Notes: generated by a model not told the origin, from the letters alone. Numbered from the whole stretch's first letter, positions 13,161-26,056 are shown. The stretch is DNA of 48,129 bases, filler included, from Basidiobolus ranarum (GCA_040143965.1; 2 parts of 2 records of this genome joined end to end with filler, not necessarily neighbours in it); one strand, 5' to 3'. Numbers and translations: made by a program.

Positions 13161-16100
13161 TAGATTGCTAACTGAAGTCCGTAGAGATTACTGTGCTAGT
13201 ACTTGAGAGTAGCAGCTGTTGTAGTATATATGATTGTTGAAGACTTTCCAGTATTATTTGGTGTCGAGCTATACATAACTTAGTAGCTTGAGTTTCTGAT
13301 TAAGATATTTCTGTGATGAATTATCAAGTTGTTTCATAAAATGTTAAAGTTCAGATTCCACTTCTCAGTAGCGCTTAAAATGGCAGACTTTGTATTTTCT
13401 ATTTCGTTTCCCTACAATTGTAGTGCTAACTTCGATCATCCACAAATAAATTCCGGTTTCGTGCCTGGTCACATGGGGAGTTTGGGTACCTCCCGAGTGG
13501 TTCAAACTTGATTACGAAATGCTATTTTTTTGTAGTTGTATAGAAATTGCATCGGGCTTTGTATTGCTATTAGCAACGGACAATTCGGTTTCCAAATTAA
13601 GGAAATATCCCTGTATGTTGGGTGGGCTTAAGCCTGGACTCAACAGAGTAACAAATCCCGATTCAGGGTTGACTTGTCTTACTGGGTGCAGTGTACTTGC
13701 GGTAGAACATGGCTCCTTGATTCTGATGATACCAACTGAAGTTTATCTATATGAAACGTCATTATATTGGCAGTTCATTTTTTGGTCCCTAACTATCCAA
13801 GTAACTAAGCGATTGGCTGTCAGATGGTACTTTTCAAATACCAATTAAACATGTTTCAGGCTCTAGGAGACAAATTAATCCGTACTTTTAAGACCACTTA
13901 AATCAATATTGGCAAGAAGATTCAGGGAAGATGAAAGGCATTTCGAGCTAGTTTTCTTACTCTAGACGTATAGGAGTGTGTTGTAAACCAAGTTTGCTCA
14001 CTCAGAGGCAAAGTGAAAAGGGGATAGATATTGAAGAGCGTAACAAATTAAGGGGTACTGCAGAGAGTGAGTAAAGCACAGGGATGAGTTCGAGTTGGCT
14101 AGTATTGAGTTTCAATTTGTTCTAAGTGGTAGATAGACGTAGGAAGCTTCAAAAGCCTAGGTATTCAGAGAGGATACAAATACTCTTGTCTAGCATCTAA
14201 ATGTTTTCATCGTGTGTGCACTCCACAATGCCGAGCACTGACCATTCTGTTCGTCTTGCGCTCGTATAAATCTAAAGCATATCACTCGGAAACGTGTGAA
14301 CTCTTGGCCTAATTTGAACGGTATAGCCATGGTAGGAATCTCTTTGTTACCTAGGTAGCAAAAGTTACTGTTTTTCAGGTTCGAAGGTGCGAAATCCCAG
14401 TAACGTATTTCTTGTAAAAGCCTGATCCGTATTCTGATCAGTTTCTTAATGATTTCGTACCTTTGTTAGTCAGAGGTTGATGTGTTCAACTCTACTTTGT
14501 AATTCCAGCTTAATGATTCCCAAACGATTTTGGATATTATTACGGGTTATGAAGATAATTCGCCATCGCACGTTTATCATGCTCAGGCTTGTCAACTCTC
14601 AAACCGTCGATGTTCTGATTATTTCTGCAGGATCCGCTCCACGTAGATTTCATTTGCAATCAAGTGTCCACAGATGTATAGCTCTAAGTGAGGATGGAAA
14701 CCCATGATTTCATTAGAACGCTGTGAATATGAATCGATCAATACAGAGACAAAATTATTCTTAAACATCCCCTATTTGTTCGTTTTCCCTATTCCACTCA
14801 TGTACTGAATGACTCCATAATTGTAAGTATTCATATCCACCGCTCATCTCCTATTTTGTGGTTGACTATATTGAATGCAGTGTAACTTAAGAACTAATCC
14901 CTATTGAGGTTATACAAAAGCCAACTGTGCCTGAAAATAAAGCTACTGTTGTAGAGCCGAGATGTCGTTTTAAGTATGATTAGTTTAATAAACCCAGGGG
15001 AGAGCGCTTTTCATATGCCTTTATATATACGGGCATTTGTTCAACCAGCTTCGATAGTGTGCTGAAAAGCAAGTGGTTGAGTGGATGATTCTAGTGTATC
15101 AAAGCCCTTGCCTGAATAATCGAGTAGTAGATGAAGCAGATGAATACCAAATCTAAGGTGACCAAGTCAATATCTTGCTTGTGTCTCAGCATGATAGATC
15201 TCCAGATTATTGTCATCAAGAGCTGATCAATCATGCGATCGGCCACAACGAAAATCGTGACCTTATTGAGATAATGTACAAGTACAGATTTCTAACGTAT
15301 AACAGTTGGTACTAATATCAGCTCAGCTGAAATCACTGGCCATGCGATTACCCAAGCCTAAAGTAACTCTGTTGAGTTAATCTGACTGGAGGGAGTATAA
15401 GGCATGGAGAGAATACTAGGCTTTCTTGCTTAGTATCCGCCGTATCGCTTCGGCTAATAAAACTAAATTACGCATCCAGCTTCTATAAAATTGATTTCTG
15501 CCGGGTGTTTCGGATCAAAGAGCACATACATGTTCAGTGTATTCCAGATGAATGGGTGGCCGTATTTGTCGTTCCCTTAGTTCAGCGATTCAGATTTATC
15601 ATCGATATTGATCTAAAGATATTATGGAAATCTCGTGATGTACTCATCGATCTATTTTCTTGGGATCTCTAAGGGTGGAAGCTGACAGCTTGTCGTAATC
15701 ATGGACTATGTCACAGGTTTGTGGAGTCGTAATGAAAGGGTAGGAGGAAGGGTGATTGTGTGGCTTCGACAAAATTACTATAATCTGATTTAAGATTAAT
15801 ATCACTTGCCTGCTATGCCACTGATGTTTTGATATAAACCTGAAACCTATTTCTCGTACTTCAACAACACCGAAGCGACAAAGTGAGAATGGTATTAGAG
15901 TACACTACTTGTTGTTTATTTTTTGGAAACGGTGATAAATATGAAATATAGCGAAATGTCAGCGAAAAACTCAGAATTACTGAACGAAGTATATACACAA
16001 AAGTGATAATCACCATACGTTGTGTGATCGAAGCTAGATACAATGCAAAGGCAGATCATAGATCTTTTTTGGGGGTGTTGTGTGTACTAGTGTATTTTGG

Positions 16101-16195
16101 AAGAAAAGGTGTGCTGACACTCAAGGATAGGGCACTTGATGGATTAAGGATGTATGACTTGTATGATAATAATAGTATTTCGAGTATGTGTGGAT

Positions 16196-17179
16196 CTAAG
16201 ACGAGGCATTGTCGTAGGCTACACGACATTTCTCTTCCACTCTGTAATGGCGACTTAGAGCATCAGATCTTGGAAAGCCTTTGCAACATGCAATGCATTC
16301 ATAAGGGCGGCTCCCAGTGTGAAGACGAGTGTGACGCTGAAGATCATGCTTTCTGGCAAATGAGCGAGGACAGAATCCACAAGAATATGGGCGCAGATTT
16401 GAGTGACTACGCATGTGTGAAGTCAAATTATACTGTCGACTAAATGATTTGGGACAACCAGGAAATGCGCACTTGAAGGCATGCGCCTTTTGAAAGCCTT
16501 CACTGCTAATATTTTTGTCGGAGATGCTCTGTTGAAGAACTTGTTGTGGGTATGCCATTGTTGGTTGCGATTGAGAGGATGAGTGCGCAAGTTTAGGCCC
16601 TTTGTTGGAAGGTTCATAGACAATGAACTTAAATTGATCCAACGATTGATTAGGCGATACAATCTCAATTTCATTGTCAGTTGCGATCTCGTTAAACTTC
16701 AGAGTATTTAGTAGTAAGGTGGCCCAGTCCTCATCAAATGGAGTATCACCGGAAGATGTAGTGGATACGCTAGAGCTTCTTGAACGAAGGGCTGGTGGAG
16801 GTGAGGTAGTACCAATCAACTGAGTAACATCATAATCCAAAAGAAAATTCATCTCGTTGGTTGGAGTAATTGGTAAGGGAATCAACGATTCACATGTAGA
16901 GAGATCTCTATTTGAGGGAGTTAAATCCAAATGAAACTCTAATGGGGTTGTCAACGTATCTTCGTTGGATAGAAAGGTGCCATTGAGTAAGGCATCATCA
17001 AATTCAAACTTCATTCCTGCAGAAGATGTGAGTTCAGCCTCTAAAGAGTTTGAAAAAGTGTATGGAGTGAATCCCTCTAAAAGTGAAGAAGCATTCAAAT
17101 CGGAAAGTAAAAGGTCAGGGAAGAAGTTGGAGTCCAATAGGTGATTTCTCACAAAACTGCCATTGTTCGTGATTGACAT
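16196..17179 (-). CDS. C2H2 zinc-finger transcription factor with Crz1-like finger array; intronless, 327 aa
   Basis: Acidic Ser/Thr-rich N-terminus. Three fingers: CAFPGCPKSFSRQYNLTSHMRSH, CGFCPRSFARKHDLQRHTRLH-TGSRPY, and CIACCKGFPRSDALSRHYRVEEKC (C2HC-type end). TATAAAA on the minus strand at about 17276-17282. Confidence 0.9.
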   Translation of the reverse strand: MSITNNGSFVRNHLLDSNFFPDLLLSDLNASSLLEGFTPYTFSNSLEAELTSSAGMKFEFDDALLNGTFLSNEDTLTTPLEFHLDLTPSNRDLSTCESLIPLPITPTNEMNFLLDYDVTQLIGTTSPPPALRSRSSSVSTTSSGDTPFDEDWATLLLNTLKFNEIATDNEIEIVSPNQSLDQFKFIVYEPSNKGPKLAHSSSQSQPTMAYPQQVLQQSISDKNISSEGFQKAHAFKCAFPGCPKSFSRQYNLTSHMRSHSNLRPYSCGFCPRSFARKHDLQRHTRLHTGSRPYECIACCKGFPRSDALSRHYRVEEKCRVAYDNASS

Positions 17180-20100
17180 GCTTGCTATTTCTTAGGGCTC
17201 TTAGTGTATGTAAAACTCGTTGCCAAAACGCTATTGATAATTGAGATGATGCTGGATGAGTATCTGATGCCTCACTTTTATATCTTCGTTTTTACTTGAA
17301 TCTTCAGCTGTTGCGATGTCCATAATTAAAAACCAACGCATATTGAGAAATATCAAGAGATGCTCCGATATGGACTAGGTAAGACTATGGACGAGTTGAA
17401 CAGGTCAGTATATTTATTTCAATGCAAGCTACATTTACCTCTCTCTAACTGGTACTTGCACAGTCTTGATTTCCCATTCCTAAAATAACAGCTATGATGC
17501 TGACTCTGGAAACGCCTTAATAACCAACAATCGGCATTTCATATGCCTGTGTGATGTTGGCCAAGAAGTAGGGCTAATCTTGGGAATTCACTATAGTGCC
17601 TGGTGTTTAAATGTATGACTATAGTCAATCGTCTTACTGTAAAATACTGTCTTGCATTCCTTGTATTGTGGAGACAGCGAACAAATAAGGAAAATCCCCT
17701 AGCAGGTTTTGTGGCGTGAACGTATACCCTTTTGAGTCAGTCTACACATTTGGGAATAAGGTTAAGGCTTTGATGTGTATTGCTATATTTGACAGAGACA
17801 ACTACTACCTCCATCAATCATTACCAGGTGCTTTGGATCCACTAGTGACTTTGAAGGTTGCGTAAGAAATTGTTATCGGTGTTCATTAGAAATGGGCGAG
17901 AGAAACTACCTCACAGCTCGGCGCCACAAGGGCTTGGAAGTACAATTTCCAAAAAGGTAGCAATTATCTAAATTAAGAATTAGAGATGTAATCGTAAATG
18001 GATAGATCAAATTTTTGACCGATGTGAGTCCGTCATGACAAGCAAATGATAAATGATCCACATTCAGTACTGTATATTGCTTTGAACACTCCTTACTACC
18101 AGTCTTAAGGAAGAATTTATCTGAGATTCTTGAATCATTTCGTTATCAGGGTCTATATACCATGTGGTCTGGTATTTATGAATGTGATTACATTCCATTT
18201 ACCGGTAACTTTCTGATCTTATCTCCCACACGAGATGTACCATGTTTCGTTGAATTTGGAAAGTGCGAATGGAGTTAACAAGTAGACGGACTTCAATAAA
18301 GGTAAAATAGACGGATATGGAACTTACTAACCTCACAACAAGCTACCCAGCAGTAGTTCACCCTATCCATTTGAACATTGATGAGTTGTTAGTCAACCGT
18401 CATCTACTTTTTGACCGTAAACTCTGCCCCTTAAACGGCTTATCGGAGCTAACAGAAGGTGCTGAGCGTTACTTTAGTGACTCTGCTAGAATATGAATAA
18501 ACCATTCTTTGTATGACGCCACACTAAACACACTCCTTAGTTTTTTCATTATCTAACTGAAATTAGGCTTTAAAAGTGAGTAATCCAACTGCGAAGATGC
18601 TCTGCTGATGGTTGTGTATAAAATATTTAGTATTTTATACATATTTAAGGTCTCGGAGCACCAGGTGGCCAATATTAATATGATGTAGACGCTCCTTAAG
18701 CACTAATGGAGGCATTAAATCCCATAGTTCAGGTGCTTAAAATGTTGGCTTAGCTCTCAAATACTGTTATCACATGCCTTGAGATAGCCATACTTTCAGC
18801 AAGTCCACACTTGCTTTTGATGAAAGCAGCTCAAATAAATCTTAGTTTAAAGGAACAGACCACGTATTTTTAATGATTAGTTCTATGTAAAATGGGTGGC
18901 CTCGAGAATACCTCCCGTTCTGAATACAGTGGCAATTTCTTTTAATTTTAACTTGTACTTTCATAAGCCTCCAGCTGAATCAACTTTCCAACTTTGATGG
19001 GTTTGGTAAGAAAATATCCCCGAGCGGACCAAGAATGTACATCGAGATTCTGATAGGGTATTAATGGTTTCTAAGTTACAAGTAAGGAATTCCCATGGAC
19101 TCTCTTCTTTTTGGCCATTGTTGCTCCCGATAATCGGGTATCCCAGGCCGTCAAGAGCCTTGCCATCCGCAAATGGGGTACATTGGATTGTTAATACAGT
19201 TGTGATTTGCCTTGCATCCCCATCTCATGACAAATAAGATAGCTTTACAAGTGGCATGAAAATATTTTCGTCAGAGGTTTCAGTTGAACTCCATAACTCA
19301 AATAGCAAGTTCGATATTTTCCGAGGCCTCTCAATCTCTCCCTTATCATGGAGAAAACATATGCACGAAGTCAATCCATCAGCTCGACTGCGGAGCAATG
19401 AATAACAACTGCACTAAATATCAAAACTGAATTTCAAGTGACTTGGAGACAACCCATGTCTTGCTTCTTCTCTTTGATGCAATAAGCAAATGGTATGGAG
19501 TTCGCTCGAGGATTCCTCATAACTTTGACATTATAAAAGCATGTTCAATATTCTATATATATGTATGTATGTATCCAAAGAAATATCGTAGATATAACTT
19601 TGACCTGATAGAACCACCACTATTTCATATATGTACTCTCCATGTCGTGTAATGGTGACTAACTTCTTCATTTACCTTCTTCGCGGATCATGAGTGAGAA
19701 GTACAAATTTGATACCAGCCATCTCAGGTGGCTTGTCAGGATCTTCAGGTTTGAGGATTACCCAGTGGAAATCAGCGCGAATGTTAAGCAAAGGTCATTG
19801 GTGATATTTATCAGAAGTGAAATAGGCTTAATGGAGGATTCGTTTTCGAAACCCCGCGAAGTACCAATTTTCCAGTGACCTAAAATTTGACTCATTCACG
19901 TGGCATAACTTAGATCAAGGTGCACCAAGTTCCGACGGGTGAAAAGGTTTCTTAATATATAACATTGCCTCTTCTAGTGGCTCAACATATTTAACTTAAA
20001 GTAGACTATTAGATGTCAAATTTGTTCATACTACAAGAAACCCGCACCTTTACCAGAAAATTGGTCCTTTTCCAAAAGATACCCAGAATATCAACTTGAT

Positions 20101-21236
20101 CATTTTGTTTTACGGGCTTACCGGTGAGACACTGAAATGAATAATTCTATATTGATCAGGAACACGACTACTTCACAATGTAGTTGAACTCAGCTTAACC
20201 AACATGCTAAACAAAAGGCAATGGTGATAACAGAGGTCTCAGGTAATACTCATCACCCTTGTCAAACATCACCCAGTTAGTAAAGCAGTGCTGCAAAACT
20301 GCCCCCATGATATTTATCATGTTGTCTTTAGACGAGGTACTCTTTTAATGATAGGGTCGAACAAGACCAGCTTCTCGTATTTCATGAGCGACATTGAATC
20401 TCCACTGAGTACGAGATAATTATCAGAATTTGATATGGTATTACATAGTGTAGTGTCAATCGACAGAGGAAATAGAGCAGCAATTGTAATTCTGTACTTT
20501 TTTTGGAAGTAATCGAGTTAAGAGAACTCCACATGGTGAGGCTTAGAGAGACTACATAATGAACTCAATTCTACATTGAATTAACAGTCTCACCAACGAC
20601 ACATCTTCATCTCCTCGGCCTATGAGGGTGTCAAGGTGATTCAAACATATACGAGAACCCTTCCCAGCTAGTATTGATTATATTATACTTCCCAATAGTT
20701 TTGTTATCTCGCAATTAATATCACTAGATATCTTCAGTTTACGAATCATGAATCTGGGCAATGGGCTGATGAATATCTAGACACACCAAGGTCTCAAATT
20801 CAAGTTCCTTTCACATCGCCCATTATATTTTGCTTTAATTTAGCCTCTACATTGTTCATTTCCTCCTCAGTTTAACCGAAGCAAATAAAGTGTTATAGAT
20901 AACTGGCATGTAACTACCCTTCATATTCTCCCTTGACTGTTACTGGTAACTACTAACATTTCGTTATATACCACTTGAACTCGGTACGATTCTGTAGTTA
21001 AATCTCTACAAACTTGGAGGTCAAAACTGTTGGCATTCATATTTTTTATCTTCACCTTATATAAATCTATCACTTTAGATTTCGAACTCATTGTAGCCGC
21101 CGACAAATTGACCGAATCAATTCGGCTCAGTCAATACTTTAATACCTGTATCAATCCTTTATTCATTAATCATACTTACTGGACAAATATAGGTACTTTA
21201 TCAAATTGAATATAACAGATTCAATGATCTACTCTT

Positions 21237-21716
21237 TTACCGAGTATAATCTGAACGAGAAGAATGGAGCGGGAGACGCTCACTATCTGGCGAGGAATTC
21301 TTTTTGCAAAAGAAGAATAAAATAGCTATGATGATACTGATGAAAATAACACCAAAAAATGGCTCTATGGGTTCGGGTGACCTGTGGTGTACACTAGAAA
21401 AGTAACAGATACCGTCATGATATTTCTCCCATTTCTCACAGTCTTGCGGACCGTCCACTTGTTTCTCAATTTTGTCAGGAAATTGACAGAAAAAAGTGTA
21501 CACATCATGGATACGAACAAATAAATGTTTTTCTCCTAGACAATCAGCATCTTCAGGATCTCTTGGGAAACAAAACCCATTGTTTTGACAAATGTATTCT
21601 GGCAGAGGACAACCAGCTCTAATGGAGCAGTGATACCTATTATTGGGTATAATTTTCTTTAACTGGAATGTAGTTCCATTGTGCACGGTACTTTGCTTTT
21701 GAATATGGCTGGACAT
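21237..21716 (-). CDS. Hypothetical small Cys-rich single-pass membrane protein (possibly 5'-incomplete or degenerate)
   Basis: 159-aa ORF with 8 Cys in the N-terminal domain, then a TM segment FFGVIFISIIIAILFFFC, a basic stop-transfer KK and a short tail (ERLPL). No signal peptide is visible and there is an in-frame stop just upstream of the ATG. Confidence 0.5.
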   Translation of the reverse strand: MSSHIQKQSTVHNGTTFQLKKIIPNNRYHCSIRAGCPLPEYICQNNGFCFPRDPEDADCLGEKHLFVRIHDVYTFFCQFPDKIEKQVDGPQDCEKWEKYHDGICYFSSVHHRSPEPIEPFFGVIFISIIIAILFFFCKKNSSPDSERLPLHSSRSDYTR

Positions 21717-23136
21717 AAGAACGATAAGAATGCTTTACAAAGAAACATCAACCATGCAATAAAATAGTACTCAACACGTCAATACTAAGAAAATCCAAGG
21801 TAGCTATGATATCATTGTGACAGCCTAATTACCTATCAAGAAGCTATCCTTTAACAAATTAGGCTCATATATATGTATCACCTTTTGGGATTGTATTGGT
21901 TACGGATAGGAACCCTAAGCACCTGAAAGATCTAAAACCTATGTCTTTTACTTTGAAATACTCATTCTAATAAATACACCCCAACCCTAAGTTTGACTAG
22001 CATTTCGAGAAGATGAGATAAGTTAGTATACTTGGTAATCAACGATTGTTAACAATATTTTAAAATTATTTACATCGGAAATATATGTTGTGAACTTATG
22101 ATTCGACTTACGTCTCATTAGCAATATATACATGATAGCAGAGAAAGGGAGTGAAAGTCTCTAGAACATTTTATTGTTAGTGGACTATATATATTGTATC
22201 TGCATTGAATTACAAGTGTTCAGGATAATTAGAAGAAATAAGTGATTTGCACTGATTGTTTTATTGAATTGAAAATTAGTATCTATACTTATGTCGGGAA
22301 TGAAGGGCAATAACAGATATGTGTTCTTAGGGTGTTCAGGAAGTTAGGGCCCAAGATAGGGGAGTTTTGGGTGAGTTAGTAACTTTTTTGACATTTATCA
22401 AATATATGTGAAGATTTTGCTCTATGAGATATTATATAATATTATATATATTAACTAAATAAGTAACAACTATGCAAAGCAAGATATATGCATAGTCAAG
22501 TGCTAATTCTAATATTTCAGTAATATATACATGGTGTAAGTATTTAATAAACTTCCACTATGTCCAGTTGGTGTATATATACTTCTGCTGGTAATCAAGA
22601 AAAATCAAGAAGGTACCTGTATGATGCTAAAAAGCAGATGGAAATATTTGAGCAGTTTGAAAAGCTACCATTGCATTATCTACTGAAATTACAAGACTAA
22701 AATTGAAACATGTTTTTGATATATTTCAGAAGCACATTACTTTTGAACACCTACATACTCATTCATTCATCTATATAAGTATTCTAGAAGCCTGGTGGAG
22801 GTGGTTTGGAGAACTAGAGAAATTGGTGGCTTACACTTATTGATTTATTGAGTAGAAGGTTGACATTTATAGTTTTGTCAAGATATAAACAAGTTAACAT
22901 GGAGAATGTGTTAAGAAAGGTCCTACAAACATGTGTGTGGAGCTTAGGGCTTCTAGCACAAGTTTGAAAAAATCTATATATCTGGGAACTTCTGAGTAAG
23001 TGTCAATATTCCAAGCAAATTCCAATTCAGAATAATGGGTAATATCTTAGTGAAATATAAGATAACTAAGTACTGAGCTATATATAACTATATAGGTGTT
23101 TAGGCAATGCTAATTTCAACAATATTTAACCAAAAC

Positions 23137-23436
23137 TGCTAAAATTAATCCAATTGAACTAAACTTTGCTACAGGAGCAAAAGTTTCTGTATAGTCTATT
23201 CCTGGTGCTTGGGAATAGCCTTTGGCCACTGGTCTATCCTTGTACCTTTCTATACTGCCATCAGAGTTGTATTAAACTTCAAACACCAGTTGACAGGCAA
23301 TGGATATTCAAGCATCAGGTAAGTTGGTTAAAATCCAAGTTTGATTATCAATCAAAGCCTGAGACTCATCAGCCATTACAGATCTTCAAAATTTTGTGTG
23401 AGGGCAATTCAGGGCCTCTTTTACAGTTTGGGGTTC
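23137..23436 (-). mobile_element. Degenerate Ty1/copia LTR-retrotransposon reverse transcriptase fragment
   Basis: Minus-strand translation [97 protein letters not shown] matches the copia RT (RVT_2) N-terminus and has three internal stops. It is not in the ORF track. Confidence 0.92.
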
Positions 23437-24045
23437 ATGTACATAGCTGAGCAGGAATAGGCCTAATTTTGGGCCATATTGATTAAAGTCCATCTATAGT
23501 GAGAATTGCCTAACTTATGCTGTCGCTAAGCAACATACTTAAGTATCCATTTAGTTGATCACTATGATTAAGTAGTTACCTGACTTTATCACATGACTAT
23601 ATCCCTATTCTCATTTTCCTTCTAACAAATCATGTGACCCATCACATGATCATTATCCAATCAGTATTACCCACTGAGCTATCTGCCAAGACACAAGTCA
23701 AGATGAGTCACAAGAATCATAACTAATGATCTTTCACTGCCAACACTTCAGCAATGCATAACTTGTTAAAGTATTTGGGAGCCCATTGGAAGTGATTTGG
23801 AGGATTAGAGGAATTGGTGGTTTTGTTGGATAATTAATCTTTATTCAACATCATAGGCAACTTTAGTTATGATATATATATCAGAAACAGAAAGCAATGT
23901 ATCTATAGCCCCTATATTCTAAATAGGAATATCCCTATATCTATATAACAAGTATGTCTTATTACCCCCACTTATCTATTATATCTTATTACACAAACTC
24001 CTGAATATCTCAAACAATTGATTTACTTTTCTACTATATGAGTCA

Positions 24046-24145
24046 NNNNNNNNNNNNNNNNNNNNNNNNNNNNNNNNNNNNNNNNNNNNTTAATTAATTA
24101 ANNNNNNNNNNNNNNNNNNNNNNNNNNNNNNNNNNNNNNNNNNNN
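24046..24145. other. Artificial contig-joining spacer (44 N + TTAATTAATTAA + 44 N = 100 nt)
   Basis: Symmetric N runs around a palindrome that places stop codons in all six frames; typical concatenation linker. Confidence 0.95.
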
Positions 24146-24241
24146 CAGCAATATAACCAAGGTCAACAACAGCAATATAACCAAGGTCAACAACAGCAAT
24201 ATAACCAAGGTCAACAACAGCAATATAACCAAGGCCAACAG
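24146..24241 (+). repeat. Coding tandem repeat, at least 4 x 24 bp (CAGCAATATAACCAAGGTCAACAA), encoding QQYNQGQQ
   Basis: Three identical units plus one variant; truncated on the left by the gap; in frame with the metacaspase. Confidence 0.95.
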
Positions 24242-25667
24242 CAGCCACAACCCTATAATGACGGCCAAGGTCATTCCATTGCTCCCACGAATACAAGTTT
24301 TGTACAAGGAGGTAATCAAGGTGGAGCTTATGTAGGGAATGTTAATGGCGAAAACGTTTCCGTCTCTGATTGCCGGTAAGTGCTTATAACAACTAATATT
24401 GCCTGGTTATTTTTTATTAAACCTCCTTAACAAAGTGGTCGAAAGAAAGCTCTATTCATCGGAATTAATTATTTCGGAACCGGTTCAGAACTAAGAGGGT
24501 GCATTAATGACGTTCAGAATGTCAAAAATTTCGTATTTAGTCGATTTGGCTTCAGTGAGCAAACTAGCGTCGTCTTAACAGATGACCAACAAGACCCAAG
24601 TAAAATACCCACTAGAAATAATATTATCCAAGGACTTCGCTGGTTGGTAGAAGGTGCCTCTATGGGGGATTCCTTGTTCTTGCATTTCTCTGGTGATTAG
24701 CATTTAACTAGTAATATTCTTTTCATTTTCCAAAGCTTACGATTTGATTATTATCTAGGACATGGTGGATCTATTGAGGACAAAGGTATTTATTAGTTTC
24801 GAGAGAGACTCAGCAAGAGTAAATGCAGGACTCACCACCTTCACTCTTATTTTCATAATAGATGGTGATGAAATTGATGGCTCTGATGAAACCATATACC
24901 CAGTGGACCACGAACGTGCTGGCGTGATTGTCGATGATGTTAGTTTTTGGAATAATCCGAAGTTATTTCGATGCTAGGGCATATCCATATTAATCTTGTT
25001 TGTTTTAAGGAAATTCATGCCATCTGTGTTAAGAATCTTCCATCTGGTGTCCGCCTTACTGCTATTTTCGATTGTTGTCACAGTGGCACTGTAATGGATC
25101 TTCCTTTCACTTACAAATGTGATGGTGAAATCGAAGTGATCTGTGAAGATAACCGTAAGGAAGCTGCCATGGCGCTCTTAAAAGCTGGTTTATCTTATAG
25201 CAAAGGTTAGTTTTTCTTTACCAGACATCCAATGGAAAGTGTGCTGACGACCAGTAGGTGATACGGCAAGTGCTATTGGGCTTGTCAAAGAAGGAGTATC
25301 ATTCCTCTTTAAACCACCGGCCAACCAAGAGGCTAAGAAGAAGGCTGAAGCAGAAAAGAAATCCAATGCCGATGTTATCCAGTTCTCTGGATGTCGAGAC
25401 AGCCAAGTAATATTTAAGACAGAGATTTCGTTGAACTGAACATAAACTTAACTCATCAATTTGTAGACTTCAGCCGACGCCATGATCGACAATAAGGCTA
25501 CGGGAGCTATGAGCCATGCCCTTATTACTGCTCTAACACGGAGTTCCAACTTGACCTATACCCAATTGTTGCAGCAACTCCGGGACATCCTCAAAGGAAA
25601 ATATTCACAAATTCCACAGATGTCTACTGGGAGACCTATGGATATGAATACTCTATTTGTCATGTGA
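24146..25667 (+). CDS. MCA1: Type I metacaspase, 5' end lost in the gap, 7 visible exons
   Basis: Spliced: Q/N/Y/G prodomain, SDCRGRKKALFIGINYFG..ELRGCINDV, DSLFLHFSGHGG (catalytic His), DGDEIDGSDETIYPVD, RLTAIFDCCHSGTVMDLP (catalytic Cys), ADVIQFSGCRDSQTSADA, GAMSHAL, YSQIPQMS. Stop at 25667. Confidence 0.96.
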
Positions 25668-25769
25668 GTAAAATGCAATTAACGCTAATAAATTAACTGA
25701 TTTAACGAATTGGTCCATCCCGAACCCTTATTTTATTCCCAAACAGACTGCCAGAGTGATACGAAATGC

Positions 25770-25838
25770 TTTTCTAATTCTGATTACATTTGCATTTTCT
25801 AATTCTGCTTGCATTCTCTAATTCTGATTACATTTGCA
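25770..25838 (+). repeat. Three imperfect direct repeats (TTTTCTAATTCTGATTACATTTGCA-like) between MCA1 and the carrier gene
   Basis: Units at 25770-25794, 25795-25813 (internally deleted) and 25814-25838. Confidence 0.75.
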
Positions 25839-26056
25839 AATCACATGAAAGGATTTACGAAGTCACTTGTAATCCCAGCAATTTCATTTTCCTCGCATTC
25901 CCATCTCATTTCTCTCAAAAAGTAATATCGTTACTAAGCGTATACAAAAAGTTCACGTGCTGTGATTCATGGTCCTCGACTAATATTTATTTCTTATTTA
26001 ACTTGACCTTAGCATTTCTTTTCTCTTATTCTTTGGTCCTGAAACTCACTATAATC

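Noticed and set aside
13329-15800. Short ORFs and possible exon-like stretches downstream of the Shg1-Tudor gene
   Set aside because: I could not assemble a coherent spliced frame or recognise a family. A degenerate gene cannot be excluded.
16003-16443. 146-aa Cys/His-rich plus-strand ORF
   Set aside because: It overlaps the zinc-finger coding region on the opposite strand; likely a shadow ORF.
23166-23450. 94-aa plus-strand ORF
   Set aside because: It is antisense to the copia RT relic and has no recognisable motifs.
24090-24101. TTAATTAATTAA palindrome as a biological site (for example a piggyBac TTAA target)
   Set aside because: It sits exactly between two 44-N runs, so it is an artificial six-frame-stop linker. 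Linkage across it, such as the copia relic next to MCA1, should not be interpreted.
24090-24319. Minus-strand repeat ORFs (LGYIAVVD and LVILLLLT repeats) and a CRISPR-like reading of the 24-bp array
   Set aside because: These are antisense shadows of the metacaspase Q-rich repeat. The units are head-to-tail with no spacers.
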